Shown here piece after piece: positions 45,366 through 56,972 of a DNA stretch of 64,000 bases. Position numbers and translations under genes: made by a program. The notes beneath the pieces are model-generated. The model had not been told where the DNA came from. It searched no databases and saw only the letters and a program-made list of their open reading frames with translations. Every line of letters begins with the position of its first letter. Position 1 is the stretch's first letter. Origin of the DNA: Campylobacter showae. Lineage in GTDB: Bacteria > Campylobacterota > Campylobacteria > Campylobacterales > Campylobacteraceae. The stretch is taken from assembly GCF_963515975.1 (NCBI RefSeq), contig NZ_CAUPZM010000002.1, forward strand, positions 40,853-104,852. Direction: 5' to 3'.

Positions 45366-46474
45366 TGTCCCGCTCCACTTAGGCGCATCACGTCGTTAAA
45401 GGTCGCAAACGCCATCAGGCAGAGCAAAAATGCCCAGCCGCAGTAGGTGAGGCCGATATAGACTTTTTCGTTCATCTCGCGGCGGAAAACGAGCTCATAA
45501 AGGTTGAAAAATATATGACCGCCGTCAAGCGCGGGGATCGGGAGTAGGTTTAGCACGCCTAAATTTACGGAGATCAGCGCAGCGATGATGAGTAGGGTCG
45601 AGAGGCCGATGCCTGCGGCTTTTGAGGTGATGTCGGTGATCTGGATGATGCCGCCCATCTCTTTTAGCGGCACGACGCCCACTATCAGCTTTTCAAGTCC
45701 CGTAAATATGAGCTTTGAGGCGTTTACGGTCTCAACGAGCGCAAATTTGAGCGAGCTAAAGCCGGTGTTTCGTATCGTGACGGCCTCGCCTGAGGGCGAA
45801 ATGCCGATGAGCGGTTTTTCTATCTTTTCGCCAAATATTGTTACGCTCTGCCCGATTTTAGGCGTCAAATTTATCGTTTTTATTTCGCCTGCGCGCTCGA
45901 GCATGATCGCCGTGGAGGTTAAATTTACGTTTTTGCTTATCTCGTCCCATTCGCTGATTTTGATGCCGTTTATGTTTAAAATTTTATCGCCTTTTTGCAG
46001 TCCGGCACTTGCCGCGGCGGAGTTTTCAAGTACTTTGCCCACAGTCGGCGCAAGCCTTTCAACCCCGATGTGCCCGAGCGCGATAAAGATAAAAAACGCC
46101 AAAGCGAAGTTAAAAAACGGCCCGGCAAAAAGGATAAAAATACGTCCAAGAGGGCTAAGCCTCGTGTAGCTGTCGGCATCCTCGTTTTTTAGCCCCAGTT
46201 TGGAGTCCTCTTGTCCTTTTAGGCTCACGTAGCCGCCAAGCGGTATCGCACCGATGGCGTACTCGGTGTCGCCGATGGTTTTTGAGTAGACGCTTTGCCC
46301 AAAGCCCACGCTAAATTTTAACACGCCGACTTTTAGCATGCGAGCGGCAAGAAAGTGGCCAAGCTCGTGGAAAAATATAAGAAAGCTAATCACCAAAACC
46401 GTGATCAAAAAGTGCCAAGAGTACGCATAAATGCCGACGGCTAGCATCGCCGCCACAAAGATAATGCTTTTCAA
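45362..46474 (-). CDS. rseP: RIP metalloprotease RseP
   Basis: HELGH, PLGGYV, AGP, PDZ domain, NLLPIPALDGG. Confidence 0.95.
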   Translation of the reverse strand: MKSIIFVAAMLAVGIYAYSWHFLITVLVISFLIFFHELGHFLAARMLKVGVLKFSVGFGQSVYSKTIGDTEYAIGAIPLGGYVSLKGQEDSKLGLKNEDADSYTRLSPLGRIFILFAGPFFNFALAFFIFIALGHIGVERLAPTVGKVLENSAAASAGLQKGDKILNINGIKISEWDEISKNVNLTSTAIMLERAGEIKTINLTPKIGQSVTIFGEKIEKPLIGISPSGEAVTIRNTGFSSLKFALVETVNASKLIFTGLEKLIVGVVPLKEMGGIIQITDITSKAAGIGLSTLLIIAALISVNLGVLNLLPIPALDGGHIFFNLYELVFRREMNEKVYIGLTYCGWAFLLCLMAFATFNDVMRLSGAGQ

Positions 46475-46495
46475 AATTTACCTTTAAATTTGATT

Positions 46496-47512
46496 TTACC
46501 GCTCGAGTTTATCGCTGAGCAAAACGGCGATAAATTTCGTGCTCGGGTTTGCGTCAAGCGCGATCTTTAGGCTCATGGTAAGCGGTACGGCTAAAAACAT
46601 ACCGCCGATGCCGAACAAAAATCCCCAAAAAAGTAGGCTCAAAAGCACCACAAGCGTGCTGATACCAAGGCCTTTGCCAAGAAATTTCGGCTCGATAAAG
46701 TTGCCGATAATGATATTTACGGCTAAATATAGAGCCGCAGTCCAAGCGCAAGAGGCTGCGTCGTTTAGCAAAAGCGCCACCAAAAGCGCCGGGACGGCCG
46801 CGATAATAGAGCCGATCGTCGGGATAAAATTTAGCACGAAAGCTAAAATCCCCCAAAGCGGCGCGTAAGGCACGCCGATGAAATTTAACCCGATAAATAT
46901 AAAAACGCCCGTCGCAAACGATGCTGCGGACTTGATCGCGAGATAGCGCTTGAGATTTGATATAAACGTATCTACGATCTGGTTCGTTTGCGGATTTTTA
47001 CTCGCAAAATACTCGACTTTTTGAGAAAATACCTGCACCTCAAAAAGCATAAAAGTAACGAGCAAAAACACAAAAAAGCTCTTTGAAACGAGCTCGGTGC
47101 CGCTCCTTAAAAATCCGCCTAGCACGGCAAAAATTTTATTTATATCAAAGTCTGCGGGTGCGGCGACGCTCTCGGGATCGATTAGACCGCGGCTCGCTAA
47201 CATCTGGTGGTAATGATCGGCGAGGGCTTTAAATTTACTTTGAAGCTCGGGCATGTAGCTAACTAGCCCGTTTATCGTCTTTATCACGGTGTTTGCGATA
47301 AATCCCAGCGACAAAAACACGACCGCCGTAACGAGCGCAAAGGCTAAAACGCGCGGAAATTTGAGCTTTTCGAGCGCATTTATCGCAGGCGTCGCCACGA
47401 TAGCGATAAAAACCGCCATCAAAAACGGTAGCACGACGACGCTAGCGGCCTTTAGTCCGGCTGCTACCACGACGAAGCTTGCTAGATAGATTATGGCGTT
47501 TCCTGTTCTCAA
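46496..47512 (-). CDS. AI-2E family transporter
   Basis: Multi-TM; NFIPTIGS, GNFIEPK, GMFLAVPLT. Confidence 0.9.
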   Translation of the reverse strand: MRTGNAIIYLASFVVVAAGLKAASVVVLPFLMAVFIAIVATPAINALEKLKFPRVLAFALVTAVVFLSLGFIANTVIKTINGLVSYMPELQSKFKALADHYHQMLASRGLIDPESVAAPADFDINKIFAVLGGFLRSGTELVSKSFFVFLLVTFMLFEVQVFSQKVEYFASKNPQTNQIVDTFISNLKRYLAIKSAASFATGVFIFIGLNFIGVPYAPLWGILAFVLNFIPTIGSIIAAVPALLVALLLNDAASCAWTAALYLAVNIIIGNFIEPKFLGKGLGISTLVVLLSLLFWGFLFGIGGMFLAVPLTMSLKIALDANPSTKFIAVLLSDKLER

Positions 47513-47514
47513 AT

Positions 47515-48069
47515 TTATGCCTTTTTGGCTTGATTTTTAACGTGCTTTACATAAGCATTTACGTACTCAAAGCCCGAATACAGCGTCAGTGCGACGCTAA
47601 GCCAGAGCAAAAACTCGCCAAAAGGCCACTGCATGGTTAAAAAGCCGATTGCGACCATCTGGCAAACGGTTTTAACCTTGCCCGCCATCGACGCGGCGAC
47701 CTCTACGCCTTCGCCCGCCATCACGACGCGAAATCCCGTGATAAAAAACTCGCGAACTAGTATGAGATACACCGCCCACGGGCTCGCGCGGTCTATCATC
47801 ATGAGTCCTAAAAACGCGCCAAGAGTCAGCATCTTATCGGCAAGCGGGTCGATCACGGCTCCAAGTTTGGTCTTTTGATCCCATGCGCGCGCGATAAATC
47901 CGTCGAAAAAGTCCGTAACGCTAGCGATCACAAATACAAGCGCGGCAAAGTAGTTCATCCAGCTAACGTGCACGCCTGAAAAGGAATTTACGCTAAGTAG
48001 CAGCCAAAACATTAGAGGCGCTAGAAATACGCGCAGGAAGGCTAGGGCGTTTGGTAAATTTAGGCTCAT
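47515..48069 (-). CDS. pgsA: CDP-diacylglycerol--glycerol-3-phosphate 3-phosphatidyltransferase
   Basis: NLPN, TDFFDGFIAR, GAVIDPLADK. Confidence 0.96.
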   Translation of the reverse strand: MSLNLPNALAFLRVFLAPLMFWLLLSVNSFSGVHVSWMNYFAALVFVIASVTDFFDGFIARAWDQKTKLGAVIDPLADKMLTLGAFLGLMMIDRASPWAVYLILVREFFITGFRVVMAGEGVEVAASMAGKVKTVCQMVAIGFLTMQWPFGEFLLWLSVALTLYSGFEYVNAYVKHVKNQAKKA

Positions 48070-48428
48070 TTATTTGTTCTTTCTTTTTGATTTCGGAGTT
48101 TAAAATTTGACGGCTCGGCGCTAAAGCCTGCATAAAATTTGCCGACTCGCATTTTGTTTGTTTTTGTCGGTCGCGGATTTGCGCTTTGCTTAAATTTGCT
48201 CGTCGCTTCGTCAAATTTGAGCGATTTTGGATTTAAATTTAACGGCAAAAAGCATTTCGACTCTTTCAAATTTAGATCAAATTTGAAAGAATCGTCCGCG
48301 CCGCAAAATTTGCTTTTAAATTTTAAATTTTCAAATTTAGCCTGCAAACGCATTAAATTTATACTGCCGAATTTGCCCGAAATGCGAACAATCGGCAAAG
48401 GAGCGCAGGCTAAATTTGCTTTTTTCAT
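48066..48428 (-). other. AAATTT-repeat-derived 120-aa ORF (possible de novo gene or repeat array)
   Basis: 13 AAATTT copies and several inverted repeats; ATGA overlaps with both neighbours. Confidence 0.5.
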
Positions 48429-49210
48429 TTAAACGTAGTACCGCCGTCGATGATGAAGGTGTGACCCGTGACCCAGCTGGCTTTTGAGCTGCAGAGAAAC
48501 AAACATGCGCCGGCGATATCTGCGGGCTGACCCATGCGGTTTAGCGGGCTTAGTTCGGCCGTTTTGTCGCGTACTTCCTCGTAGTTCGTAAAAGCCCTAA
48601 GCGCGTCCGTCTCGATCGGGCCGCCGCTAACGACGTTTACGCGGATGTTTTTTTCGCCAAGCTCGGTCGCCGCATAGCGCGCCATAGCTTCTACCGCGGC
48701 TTTTGCGGTGCCGTGGCCCGCGTAGTTTTCGATATAGACGAGATTGCCCGTCGATGATAGCGAGATGATACTGCCGCCGCCCGTTTTTTCCATGCGTTTT
48801 GCGGCTTCTTGCGCGCCTACGACGAATGCATTTACGGTCGCGGTGAAAATGTTATTGATACCGCGAGGGCGAAGTTTCATAAATTTAGTATATCCGCCTG
48901 CTACCGGGCGACCCGAGATGATGGCGTTTGAGATGAAAAAATCTATACGGTCAAAATCGGCGTCGATCTCTAAAAATAGATCCTTGTAAGTCTCTGGTTC
49001 TAGTATATTTAGCGCGTAGGCTCTGGCTTTTATGCCGTATGTCGCTTCAAGCTCGGCGGCTTGGGTTTTGGCTAGCTCTTCGTTTGAGTTATAAGTAAAG
49101 GCGATATTTACGCCCTTTGCGGCAAATTCCTCCACGATGGCGCGTCCGATACCGCGCGTTCCGCCGCTGATTACTAGAGTTTTGCCTTTAAATTCGTTTT
49201 CGAAATTCAT
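48425..49210 (-). CDS. SDR family enoyl-ACP reductase (FabL-like; Cj0807-type)
   Basis: Start MNFENEF (ATG 49208-49210 overlapping dapA stop); SGGTRGIG, Y-x6-K (YAGHGTAK), IDGG. Confidence 0.88.
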   Translation of the reverse strand: MNFENEFKGKTLVISGGTRGIGRAIVEEFAAKGVNIAFTYNSNEELAKTQAAELEATYGIKARAYALNILEPETYKDLFLEIDADFDRIDFFISNAIISGRPVAGGYTKFMKLRPRGINNIFTATVNAFVVGAQEAAKRMEKTGGGSIISLSSTGNLVYIENYAGHGTAKAAVEAMARYAATELGEKNIRVNVVSGGPIETDALRAFTNYEEVRDKTAELSPLNRMGQPADIAGACLFLCSSKASWVTGHTFIIDGGTTFK

Positions 49211-50106
49211 TAAAATCCTTTTATATTGTATTGTTTTATGGTTTGTTCGATTTTTTTGAGATTTTCGGTGCTCGGCTCGCAAAGCGGCAGGCGGTACTCG
49301 AGGCTTGATATGAGCCCGGCGATATACATCGCGGCTTTGACCGGGATCGGGTTGCTCTCGCAAAACATTATTTTATTTACCGCATAAAGATCGTCGTTTA
49401 TGGCTTTTGCGCGCGCAAATTCGCCTTTTAGTGCAAAGTGGGTCAAATTTGAGATCTCGTCCGGGAGCAAATTTGCCGTAACCGAGATCACGCCCTTGCC
49501 GCCATTTGAGAGGATAGGGTAGTTTATCGCGTCCTCGCCGCTGATGACGGATAGATTGGGTTCGTGCGCGAGCAGGTCGACGCAGCGCTCGATGCTGCCG
49601 GTGGCTTCTTTTACGCCGTAGACGTTCTCGCAATCTTTAAACAACCTAAAAACCGTGCACGGCTGGATATCTACGCCCACTCGGCCCGGGACGTTGTAGA
49701 GTAGCACCGGGATTTCGACGCTTGAGGCGATCGCTTTGTAGTGGCGGTATAGGCCTTCTTGCGTCGGTTTGTTATAGTATGGGGCTACCGAGAGGATGCC
49801 GTCTGCGCCGTGATCTTGCGCGAATTTTGCAAGGCCTACCGCCTCGTGAGTGGCGTTGCTACCAGCGCCCGCGAGTACTTTTACGCCGGTATTTTTGCAG
49901 GTATTTACGGCGATTTCTATGCAAATTCTATGCTCGTCGTGCGTTAGCGTCGCGCTCTCGCCCGTCGTGCCTACGGGTACGACCGCGTCGATGCCGTTTG
50001 CGATTTGTCTTTTGATTAACTTTTCATAACCGATTTCGTCTAGTTTACCGTCTTTAAAAGGCGTAATCAGCGCCGTCATAGCGCCCGTTATTGCTTTTTT
50101 ATTCAC
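49210..50106 (-). CDS. dapA: 4-hydroxy-tetrahydrodipicolinate synthase
   Basis: [32 protein letters not shown]. Confidence 0.97.
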   Translation of the reverse strand: MNKKAITGAMTALITPFKDGKLDEIGYEKLIKRQIANGIDAVVPVGTTGESATLTHDEHRICIEIAVNTCKNTGVKVLAGAGSNATHEAVGLAKFAQDHGADGILSVAPYYNKPTQEGLYRHYKAIASSVEIPVLLYNVPGRVGVDIQPCTVFRLFKDCENVYGVKEATGSIERCVDLLAHEPNLSVISGEDAINYPILSNGGKGVISVTANLLPDEISNLTHFALKGEFARAKAINDDLYAVNKIMFCESNPIPVKAAMYIAGLISSLEYRLPLCEPSTENLKKIEQTIKQYNIKGF

Positions 50107-51352
50107 TTTTTTCCTTTCTTAGGATGATCGTCGTGGATTTTTCTTTTCTCACGTATTTTTTGCAAATTTCATTTAGATCGGCCGGTTTTAGCGCGGCTGT
50201 TTTTTCAGGCAGCTCAAAAAGCGGCTTTATATCGCCTCTAACGAGATATCCGCCGTATAAATTCGCCACCTTCGACGCGCTATCTAGCGAGTAAATGAGA
50301 TCGCTTTTTAAACTATTTTTTATCTTGGTTATCTCGTCTTCGTCTATTTTTTGCGTTTTTGCGTTTCCAAGCACTCGCCAGATTTCGTCCTCTACGACCT
50401 CTGCCTTGACGCCTGGATTACAAACGGCAAGCACTATGAGCAGGCTCTCGTCGATATTGCTCATATTATAGACGTCTACGCTGTTTACGAGGCATTTTTC
50501 ATCTATCAAAATGCGCTGCAAAACAGAGCTTTGTCCGCTGCCTAGATACTCTGCTAGCGCGCCTAACGCAGGCTGATCCTCGTGATTAAACGGCGGGATC
50601 TTAAAGGCAAGCGCTAGCATCTCTACCTCGCTATCCTTGTAAATTTCAGCCCTTTTCGCGCCGTTTTGTTCGGGCTCGATGCAGTGCAACTTAGGTAGCG
50701 GTTTTTTGTTTTTTATATTTTCAAAGTGCTTTTTGCCTAGCTCAAACGCGCTTTTTTTGTCGATGTCGCCGCTTATTAGCAGGATCGCGTTTTGCGGCTG
50801 ATAGTACGTCTCGTGAAATTCTTTTATATCCTCTATGCTCCAGTTTCTGATATCGCCGATAAAGCCGATCGGAGTCCAGTGATACGGGTGATAGCTAAAA
50901 GCGACGTTAAAGAGCGTAAAGTACAAAAAGCCGATCGGAGAGTTGTCCGTGCGCCATCTGCGCTCCTCGGTCACGACGTCGCGCTCGGGCTGAAATTCTT
51001 TATCTTTTAGGCTCAAATTTTCCATTATATCGGCGTAAAGCCTAAGAGCCTCGTCTAGGTTGCCTTTTGAGCATTTGACGAAATAATGCGTATAATCAAA
51101 GCCGGTGCTAGCGTTATTTACGCCGCCAAAACCCTTTACGATCTCGTCAAATTCGCCCGCTTTCATATTTTTCGTAGATTTAAAATTTAGATGCTCTAGC
51201 ATGTGCGCGATGCCGCTTTTGCCCATGGTTTCGTTTCGCGAGCCCACGCGGTAAAACACGTCTACGCTAATTACGCTAGAGCCCTTGCTGGCGGGGATGT
51301 AATAGATCTCAAAGCCGTTTTTGAGCTTTGTTTTGGAGTATTTTATAAGCAT
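50099..51352 (-). CDS. M16 family zinc metallopeptidase
   Basis: [23 protein letters not shown]. Confidence 0.92.
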   Translation of the reverse strand: MLIKYSKTKLKNGFEIYYIPASKGSSVISVDVFYRVGSRNETMGKSGIAHMLEHLNFKSTKNMKAGEFDEIVKGFGGVNNASTGFDYTHYFVKCSKGNLDEALRLYADIMENLSLKDKEFQPERDVVTEERRWRTDNSPIGFLYFTLFNVAFSYHPYHWTPIGFIGDIRNWSIEDIKEFHETYYQPQNAILLISGDIDKKSAFELGKKHFENIKNKKPLPKLHCIEPEQNGAKRAEIYKDSEVEMLALAFKIPPFNHEDQPALGALAEYLGSGQSSVLQRILIDEKCLVNSVDVYNMSNIDESLLIVLAVCNPGVKAEVVEDEIWRVLGNAKTQKIDEDEITKIKNSLKSDLIYSLDSASKVANLYGGYLVRGDIKPLFELPEKTAALKPADLNEICKKYVRKEKSTTIILRKEKSE

Positions 51353-51360
51353 AAATTTCC

Positions 51361-52434
51361 TTAAATTTTGTTTTTTATATCGCAGCCCACCGCTTCGCTA
51401 ATCGAGGCGAAATTATCCTCTTTTAAAAGCTTTAAAATACCTTCGTTTATCTGTTTTGCGATGTTTGGGCCTTTAAATATAAAGGAAGTGTAAATTTGAA
51501 CCAAATTTGCGCCCGATTTTATGCGTGCGTATGCCTCCTCGGCGCTGTCTATGCCGCCGCTTGCGATCAAAACCGTCTTGCCGTAAAGCTCGCTAGCCAC
51601 CGCGCTAAAAAGCTCGCGCGAGCGTTTAGCGATGACCTTACCGCTTAGTCCGCCGAAATTTTGTAAATTCGCAGATTTTGATAGCGAATAATCCACGCTC
51701 GTATTATTTACGATGACGCCCTTCGCGCCGCTTTCGACGGCCGTTTTACAGATCTGCACGGCCTTGTCGTCGTCCATGTCGGGCGCTATTTTAAAGATTA
51801 TCGGCTTTTTTGCGATCGGCGATAGGCGCGCAAATAGATCTTTAATAAAGCTTTCTTCTTGTAGTTCGCGTAAATTCGGAGTGTTTGGCGAGGAGACGTT
51901 GATAACGAAGCAGTCGCAAATTTCGTTAAATTTAGCGACTAAAATTTCATAGTCTTTTATCGCTTCTTCGTTAGGAGTGATTTTGTTTTTACCGATGTTG
52001 GCAAAAAGCGGTATCGCAAACGGATATAGTTTGCCGACGCGCGCGCCAAGAGCGTCTGCGCCCTCGTTGTTAAAGCCCATCGCGTTTTGGATACTCTCTT
52101 CTTCGATTAGGCGAAAAAGGCGCGGCTTTGCGTTGCCCTCTTGCGCTTTTGGCGTCACGGTGCCAAACTCCACGTGCCCAAATCCGAGCGCTGCTAGCGG
52201 ACGCAGCATGGTGGCGTTTTTATCAAAGCCGCCGGCGATTCCTACGGGATTTAAAAAGCTAGTTCCCAGCAAATTTTGCGAAAGAGCCGCGTCCGTAACG
52301 ACGCAGTTTTTGGCGACGATGCTATAAAGCCCCGGAAATACGCAGTCTGAGATACTTAGCGTTTTTTCGACGATTTTGTGAGCGGTTTCGGGGTCAAATT
52401 TAAAAAATATGGATTTTAGTGTTTCGTAATTCAA
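51361..52434 (-). CDS. pyrD: Quinone-dependent dihydroorotate dehydrogenase
   Basis: AGGFDKN, GNAKPRLFR, NVSSPNTPNLR, KIAPD, GGLSG. Confidence 0.96.
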   Translation of the reverse strand: MNYETLKSIFFKFDPETAHKIVEKTLSISDCVFPGLYSIVAKNCVVTDAALSQNLLGTSFLNPVGIAGGFDKNATMLRPLAALGFGHVEFGTVTPKAQEGNAKPRLFRLIEEESIQNAMGFNNEGADALGARVGKLYPFAIPLFANIGKNKITPNEEAIKDYEILVAKFNEICDCFVINVSSPNTPNLRELQEESFIKDLFARLSPIAKKPIIFKIAPDMDDDKAVQICKTAVESGAKGVIVNNTSVDYSLSKSANLQNFGGLSGKVIAKRSRELFSAVASELYGKTVLIASGGIDSAEEAYARIKSGANLVQIYTSFIFKGPNIAKQINEGILKLLKEDNFASISEAVGCDIKNKI

Positions 52435-52475
52435 ATTTTATCCTTAAATTTTGAGCGATTTTATCAAATTTAGGC

Positions 52476-54200
52476 TTAAACAAGGGCTTCGCCTTTTAGT
52501 TTCGCGTAAATTTCGCAGCTCTTGCTAAGCGCCTCGTCGGTATCAAAACCGACCACTTTTCCGCCGCTGATAACGGCGATCTTATCGGCATTTTGCACCG
52601 TGCTTAGGCGGTGCGCGATGATAAATATTATCTTTTCCTTTTGTAAATTCGCGATGGCTTTGGTTATCTGCTGCTCGCTTTCGTTATCTAGGGCGCTCGT
52701 AGCCTCGTCAAATATCAAAATCTGCGGGTCGTCGTAGAGCGCGCGGGCGATGGCGATACGCTGACGCTGGCCGCCTGAGAGATTGGTGCCAAATTCATTT
52801 AAAACAGTCTGCGTGCCCTCGGGTAAATTTGACACGAAATCATACGCATTTGCCGTTTTTAGCGCGAGTTCGACTTTGGCTTCGTCGTATTCGCGGCCGT
52901 AGGCGACGTTGTTTGCGACCGTGTCGTTAAAGATATAGACGCGCTGGGTCACTAGGCCGATATTTTGTCTAAGCGAACCGAGGTCAAAATTTTTGATATT
53001 TTCGCCGTTTATCTCGATCGCTCCGTCGTTTGCGTCGTAAAATCTCATGAGTAGATTTACGATCGAGCTTTTTCCGCCGCCGCTACTGCCTACGAGCGCG
53101 ACAGTTTGGGATTTGCTCGCGCTTAGATTTATGCCTTTTAGCACCTCTTTGTCGTCGTAGTTTAGCCTGACGTCTTTAAAATTTATCAAATTTATTTCAG
53201 CCGGTACGGGCTTGTCGCCGCTTAAAATTTGAGGCTCTTTATCAAGTAGCTCAAAGGTTCGCTCGGCTGCGACCACGGCGTCTTGCATCTTGTTGTAAAG
53301 GCCTGAAATGCGTTTAATAGGCGTATAAAGCATGAAAAGCGCGGTTAGGAAAGAAAAGAAGCTTCCCATCGTCAAATTTCCGTCTATGACCTCTTTGCCG
53401 CCGATGATAACGACCGCTGCGACGCCTACGGAGCCGAAAATTTCCATCATCGGGCTTACCATTTCGTTTACTTTTACGCTTTTTAAATTTAGTTTGAAAA
53501 ATTTAGCGTTTTCGTCGGTAAATTTAGCGTGCTCAAACTCCTGCGCGTTATTTGCCTTGATGATTTCGATGTTGGTAAAAATTTCGCTTAGCTTCGAGCT
53601 GATGTCGGAGGTTTTTTCTTGCGAGGCGCGGGAGATTTTTTTCATCTTTTTTGCTAGTTTTGAGAGCGGATATACGGCTGCAGGCATGATAACTAGCGCA
53701 AAAAACGCAAGTTGCAAGCTCTGATAAAGCACGATGCAAAGCAGTCCCGCGATCGTAATAGCCTCGCGGATGAGTTCGGGGATCATGGAGCTAACGATGC
53801 TTCTGATGCGGTCGATGTCGTTGATATTTCGGCTTATTAGCTCGCCCGTGCGGTAGTCATTAAAAAACTTCATATCCAAATTTAGCAGGTTTTTTAGCAG
53901 CCGCTCGCGAAATCTCCTCACGATATCCTGCCCGATATACGCCGTAAAATACGCCTGTAAAAACGTCCCGAGCCCCTTTAAAACGTAAATTGCGATGATG
54001 GCGTAGGGCAAAAGATAAAGCAGGTCTTTGTTTTTTTCGATAAAAATTTTATTTAGCACGGGCTCGATCACCCACGCCGACGCCGCAGTGCCGCCGCTAG
54101 CCATCAGCATGCCGGCGATGGCGATGATAAAATACGAAATATAATCCCTAAAATAGGGCGCAAACCGCCGCAAAACCTCTTTTAGGCTCATCTGTTTCAT
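52476..54200 (-). CDS. msbA: Lipid A export ABC transporter MsbA-like
   Basis: Fused TMD+[30 protein letters not shown] 54200 overlaps cysS stop; same synteny as C. jejuni. Confidence 0.85.
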   Translation of the reverse strand: MKQMSLKEVLRRFAPYFRDYISYFIIAIAGMLMASGGTAASAWVIEPVLNKIFIEKNKDLLYLLPYAIIAIYVLKGLGTFLQAYFTAYIGQDIVRRFRERLLKNLLNLDMKFFNDYRTGELISRNINDIDRIRSIVSSMIPELIREAITIAGLLCIVLYQSLQLAFFALVIMPAAVYPLSKLAKKMKKISRASQEKTSDISSKLSEIFTNIEIIKANNAQEFEHAKFTDENAKFFKLNLKSVKVNEMVSPMMEIFGSVGVAAVVIIGGKEVIDGNLTMGSFFSFLTALFMLYTPIKRISGLYNKMQDAVVAAERTFELLDKEPQILSGDKPVPAEINLINFKDVRLNYDDKEVLKGINLSASKSQTVALVGSSGGGKSSIVNLLMRFYDANDGAIEINGENIKNFDLGSLRQNIGLVTQRVYIFNDTVANNVAYGREYDEAKVELALKTANAYDFVSNLPEGTQTVLNEFGTNLSGGQRQRIAIARALYDDPQILIFDEATSALDNESEQQITKAIANLQKEKIIFIIAHRLSTVQNADKIAVISGGKVVGFDTDEALSKSCEIYAKLKGEALV

Positions 54201-55585
54201 ATTTTTTCCCACATGCAGCCGTTTGGCGTATCCATGAGGCTGATGCCGTTTGCGGCTAGCATATCGCGGATTTTATCCGATAGCTCGTAATTTTTGGCCG
54301 CTTTAGCTTCGTTTCTTTGGTTTATCAGATCCTCGATGTAGGCTCGCTTTTCGTCGCTCACGCCAAACTGAAAATACTCAAACACGTCTACTTGCAAGAT
54401 ACCTAGCACGCGCGCTATCAGCTCCAAATTTGCCGCGATTTCGCCCTTTTTGGCTTTGTCTTTAGGGTTTGCGTCTAGCTCGTCGTTTGCGTTGCGGACG
54501 AACTCGTCTACGCTAGCAAGAGCTTTTGAGGTATTTAGATCGTCCTCCATCGCAGACATAAACTCGCTCTTAAATTTCTCGTTTGCGCTCAAATTTGCCG
54601 CCGCACCCAGCACTCGTTTTTTTAGGCGGTAAATTTTATCTAGGCGCTTTTTTGCCGCGTTTAGATCATCTTCGCTAAAGTTAAAATTCGCTCTATAGTG
54701 GCTAGAGATCAGATAAAATCTTACCGCCTCGCCCAAATTTCGCTCTAGCGCGTCCTTAACGAAAAAGCTATTTCCCAGACTCTTACTCATTTTTTCGTTA
54801 TTTACTTGGATAAAGCCGTTGTGTAGCCAGTATTTAGCCAGGCTCTTACGCTCGGCGCAGCGGCACTGCGCAGCCTCGTTTTCATGATGAGGAAAGAGCA
54901 GGTCAAGTCCGCCTGCGTGGATATCGATCTCAAATTTTTCGCCGCTACTTAGGTGCTTTTTTATCATCGCGACGCACTCGGTGTGCCAGCCTGGACGCCC
55001 CCGGCCAAACGGACTCTCGTACCATTTCTCGTCAAATTTCCACAGCACGAAGTCTTTTTTATCCTCTTTTTGTAAATTTGACTCGACGCGAGCGACGTTT
55101 GCTTCGGTGTCAAATTTACCGCTAAGGCTCAGATACTGCGCGTCTTTTGCGGTGTCAAAGTATATGCCGTCGCCCGCGATCTCGTAAGCAAAGCCGTTTT
55201 TTAGCAAAATTTCGATGTACTCTATCATCTCTTTTAGCGTCTGCGTCGCCTTTGGTTTGACGTCTGGCTCAAGTACGTTAAGCGCGCTCATATCTCGCTC
55301 GTAGCTTGCGATGTATCTATCCGTGATCGTTTCTAAACTCTCGCCGCTCTCCGCCATTTTCTTTAAAATTTTATCGTCGATGTCGGTGTAGTTTCGCACA
55401 AATTTAACCTTGTAGCCAAGCTCGCTTAACGTGCGTCTAAGCAAATCAAAGCTAATCGCGCTTTTGGCGTGTCCCAAATGCGCATCGTCATAAACCGTCG
55501 GCCCGCAAACGTAAATACGGACAAAGTCGCTTTTTACGGGCTCAAATTCTACTTTTTTTCTCTTTACGCTATCAAAAATTTGCAT
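54197..55585 (-). CDS. cysS: Cysteine--tRNA ligase
   Basis: [31 protein letters not shown]. Confidence 0.98.
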   Translation of the reverse strand: MQIFDSVKRKKVEFEPVKSDFVRIYVCGPTVYDDAHLGHAKSAISFDLLRRTLSELGYKVKFVRNYTDIDDKILKKMAESGESLETITDRYIASYERDMSALNVLEPDVKPKATQTLKEMIEYIEILLKNGFAYEIAGDGIYFDTAKDAQYLSLSGKFDTEANVARVESNLQKEDKKDFVLWKFDEKWYESPFGRGRPGWHTECVAMIKKHLSSGEKFEIDIHAGGLDLLFPHHENEAAQCRCAERKSLAKYWLHNGFIQVNNEKMSKSLGNSFFVKDALERNLGEAVRFYLISSHYRANFNFSEDDLNAAKKRLDKIYRLKKRVLGAAANLSANEKFKSEFMSAMEDDLNTSKALASVDEFVRNANDELDANPKDKAKKGEIAANLELIARVLGILQVDVFEYFQFGVSDEKRAYIEDLINQRNEAKAAKNYELSDKIRDMLAANGISLMDTPNGCMWEKI

Positions 55586-56972
55586 CTAAAAATTTCCTTA
55601 AAAATATCAAAATCACCGCCTCTAAAGCCAAAACCACGCTTAAAAGCGTTAACTTTTTAGGCTCAATTATAGCTAAAAATTTCCTTATCCCAAAAAATTT
55701 GACGTTTAAGGCTAGCGTCAAAAACCCGCCTAGCGAGCTAGCTAGAGCTAGTCCGAACGCGCCGCACGCTTGCATCAAAATAGCGGCCAAAACGAGGTTA
55801 AAAACGAGCGTGATAACGGCGATTTTGGAGGCTAGTTTTTGCTGTAAATGCGCATAAAGCCAAAGCGAAAAAAGTTTAGCAAGCCCAAACGGCAAAAGTC
55901 CGATCATATAGGCGGCCAAAACGCTCGCGGTCGCCGCCGTATCGGATGCCGTGAAGCTTCCGCGCTCAAAAAGCAGCTTGATGATGGGCTGAGCCAAAAT
56001 AATGCCGCCGATGGCCGCCGCAAAGAGCAGGAAATATAAAATTTCAAAGCTTTTCCGCATCCATTTTAGAGCTTCGGCTTCGTTACCGGCCTTGATCTGG
56101 CGCGTGATTTTAGGAAAAAGCGCGGTTGAGAGCGCGATCGCAAATATCGCTAAAGGCAGCTGAAAAATGCGGTTGGCATAGAAAAGATAGCTGATCGATC
56201 CGGCCGCCAAAAACGACGCCAGCCACGTATCCATAAACGAGCTTAGCTGCATCGCGGACGATCCGACTAGACCATGGAAAAAGTTGCTAAAAAATCCCTT
56301 CGTATCGGCTCTTTTACCGCGTGCAAATTTAACTAGACCGCCGAAAAAGAGCTTTGAGATGCCGTTAAATTTAAGTGCGATAAGGTGCGCGATGAGCTGC
56401 AAAACGCCGCCTACCACGACGCCGAAACTCAAATAATAAGCCGCGACTTTAGGCTCCTGTCCGCGAGCTAAAACTAAAGAGCCTATCATGGCTAAATTTA
56501 GCAAAGCGGTCGAAAACGCCGTCGTGGCAAAGTGCCCGCGATACTGCAAAAGCGAGGCTAAAAATGTAACGGCAAAGATGAGCGCTAGGTAGTAGAAGTT
56601 GATTTTTACGAGCGGGACGGCTTCGTTTATGTCGCTCTCCGCTAGGCCCGTGGCGATAATGGAGGTAAAAAAAGGAGCGAATAAATTTACTAAAAGCGTG
56701 AGAATACCGATAAAGGCTAGAAATTTAAGAAAAATCTCGGCGCTAAAGAGCGATTTTTTATTTGATTTAGTAAAATTTGGCAAAAAAGCGTTGGCAAAAG
56801 CGCCTTCGCCAAAGATACGGCGCAGTAAATTTGGTATCTTAAACGCGATGAAAAATATATCGCTGTAAATGCCCGCACCTAAAGTCGAAGCCGTGAGCAG
56901 GTCGCGCACGAGCCCTAAAACTCGCGAAACCATGATGCCGATGCTGTTTGAAAAAAAGCCTTTTATGAGCAT
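55572..56972 (-). CDS. murJ: Lipid II flippase MurJ
   Basis: [30 protein letters not shown]. Confidence 0.95.
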   Translation of the reverse strand: MLIKGFFSNSIGIMVSRVLGLVRDLLTASTLGAGIYSDIFFIAFKIPNLLRRIFGEGAFANAFLPNFTKSNKKSLFSAEIFLKFLAFIGILTLLVNLFAPFFTSIIATGLAESDINEAVPLVKINFYYLALIFAVTFLASLLQYRGHFATTAFSTALLNLAMIGSLVLARGQEPKVAAYYLSFGVVVGGVLQLIAHLIALKFNGISKLFFGGLVKFARGKRADTKGFFSNFFHGLVGSSAMQLSSFMDTWLASFLAAGSISYLFYANRIFQLPLAIFAIALSTALFPKITRQIKAGNEAEALKWMRKSFEILYFLLFAAAIGGIILAQPIIKLLFERGSFTASDTAATASVLAAYMIGLLPFGLAKLFSLWLYAHLQQKLASKIAVITLVFNLVLAAILMQACGAFGLALASSLGGFLTLALNVKFFGIRKFLAIIEPKKLTLLSVVLALEAVILIFLRKFLDANF

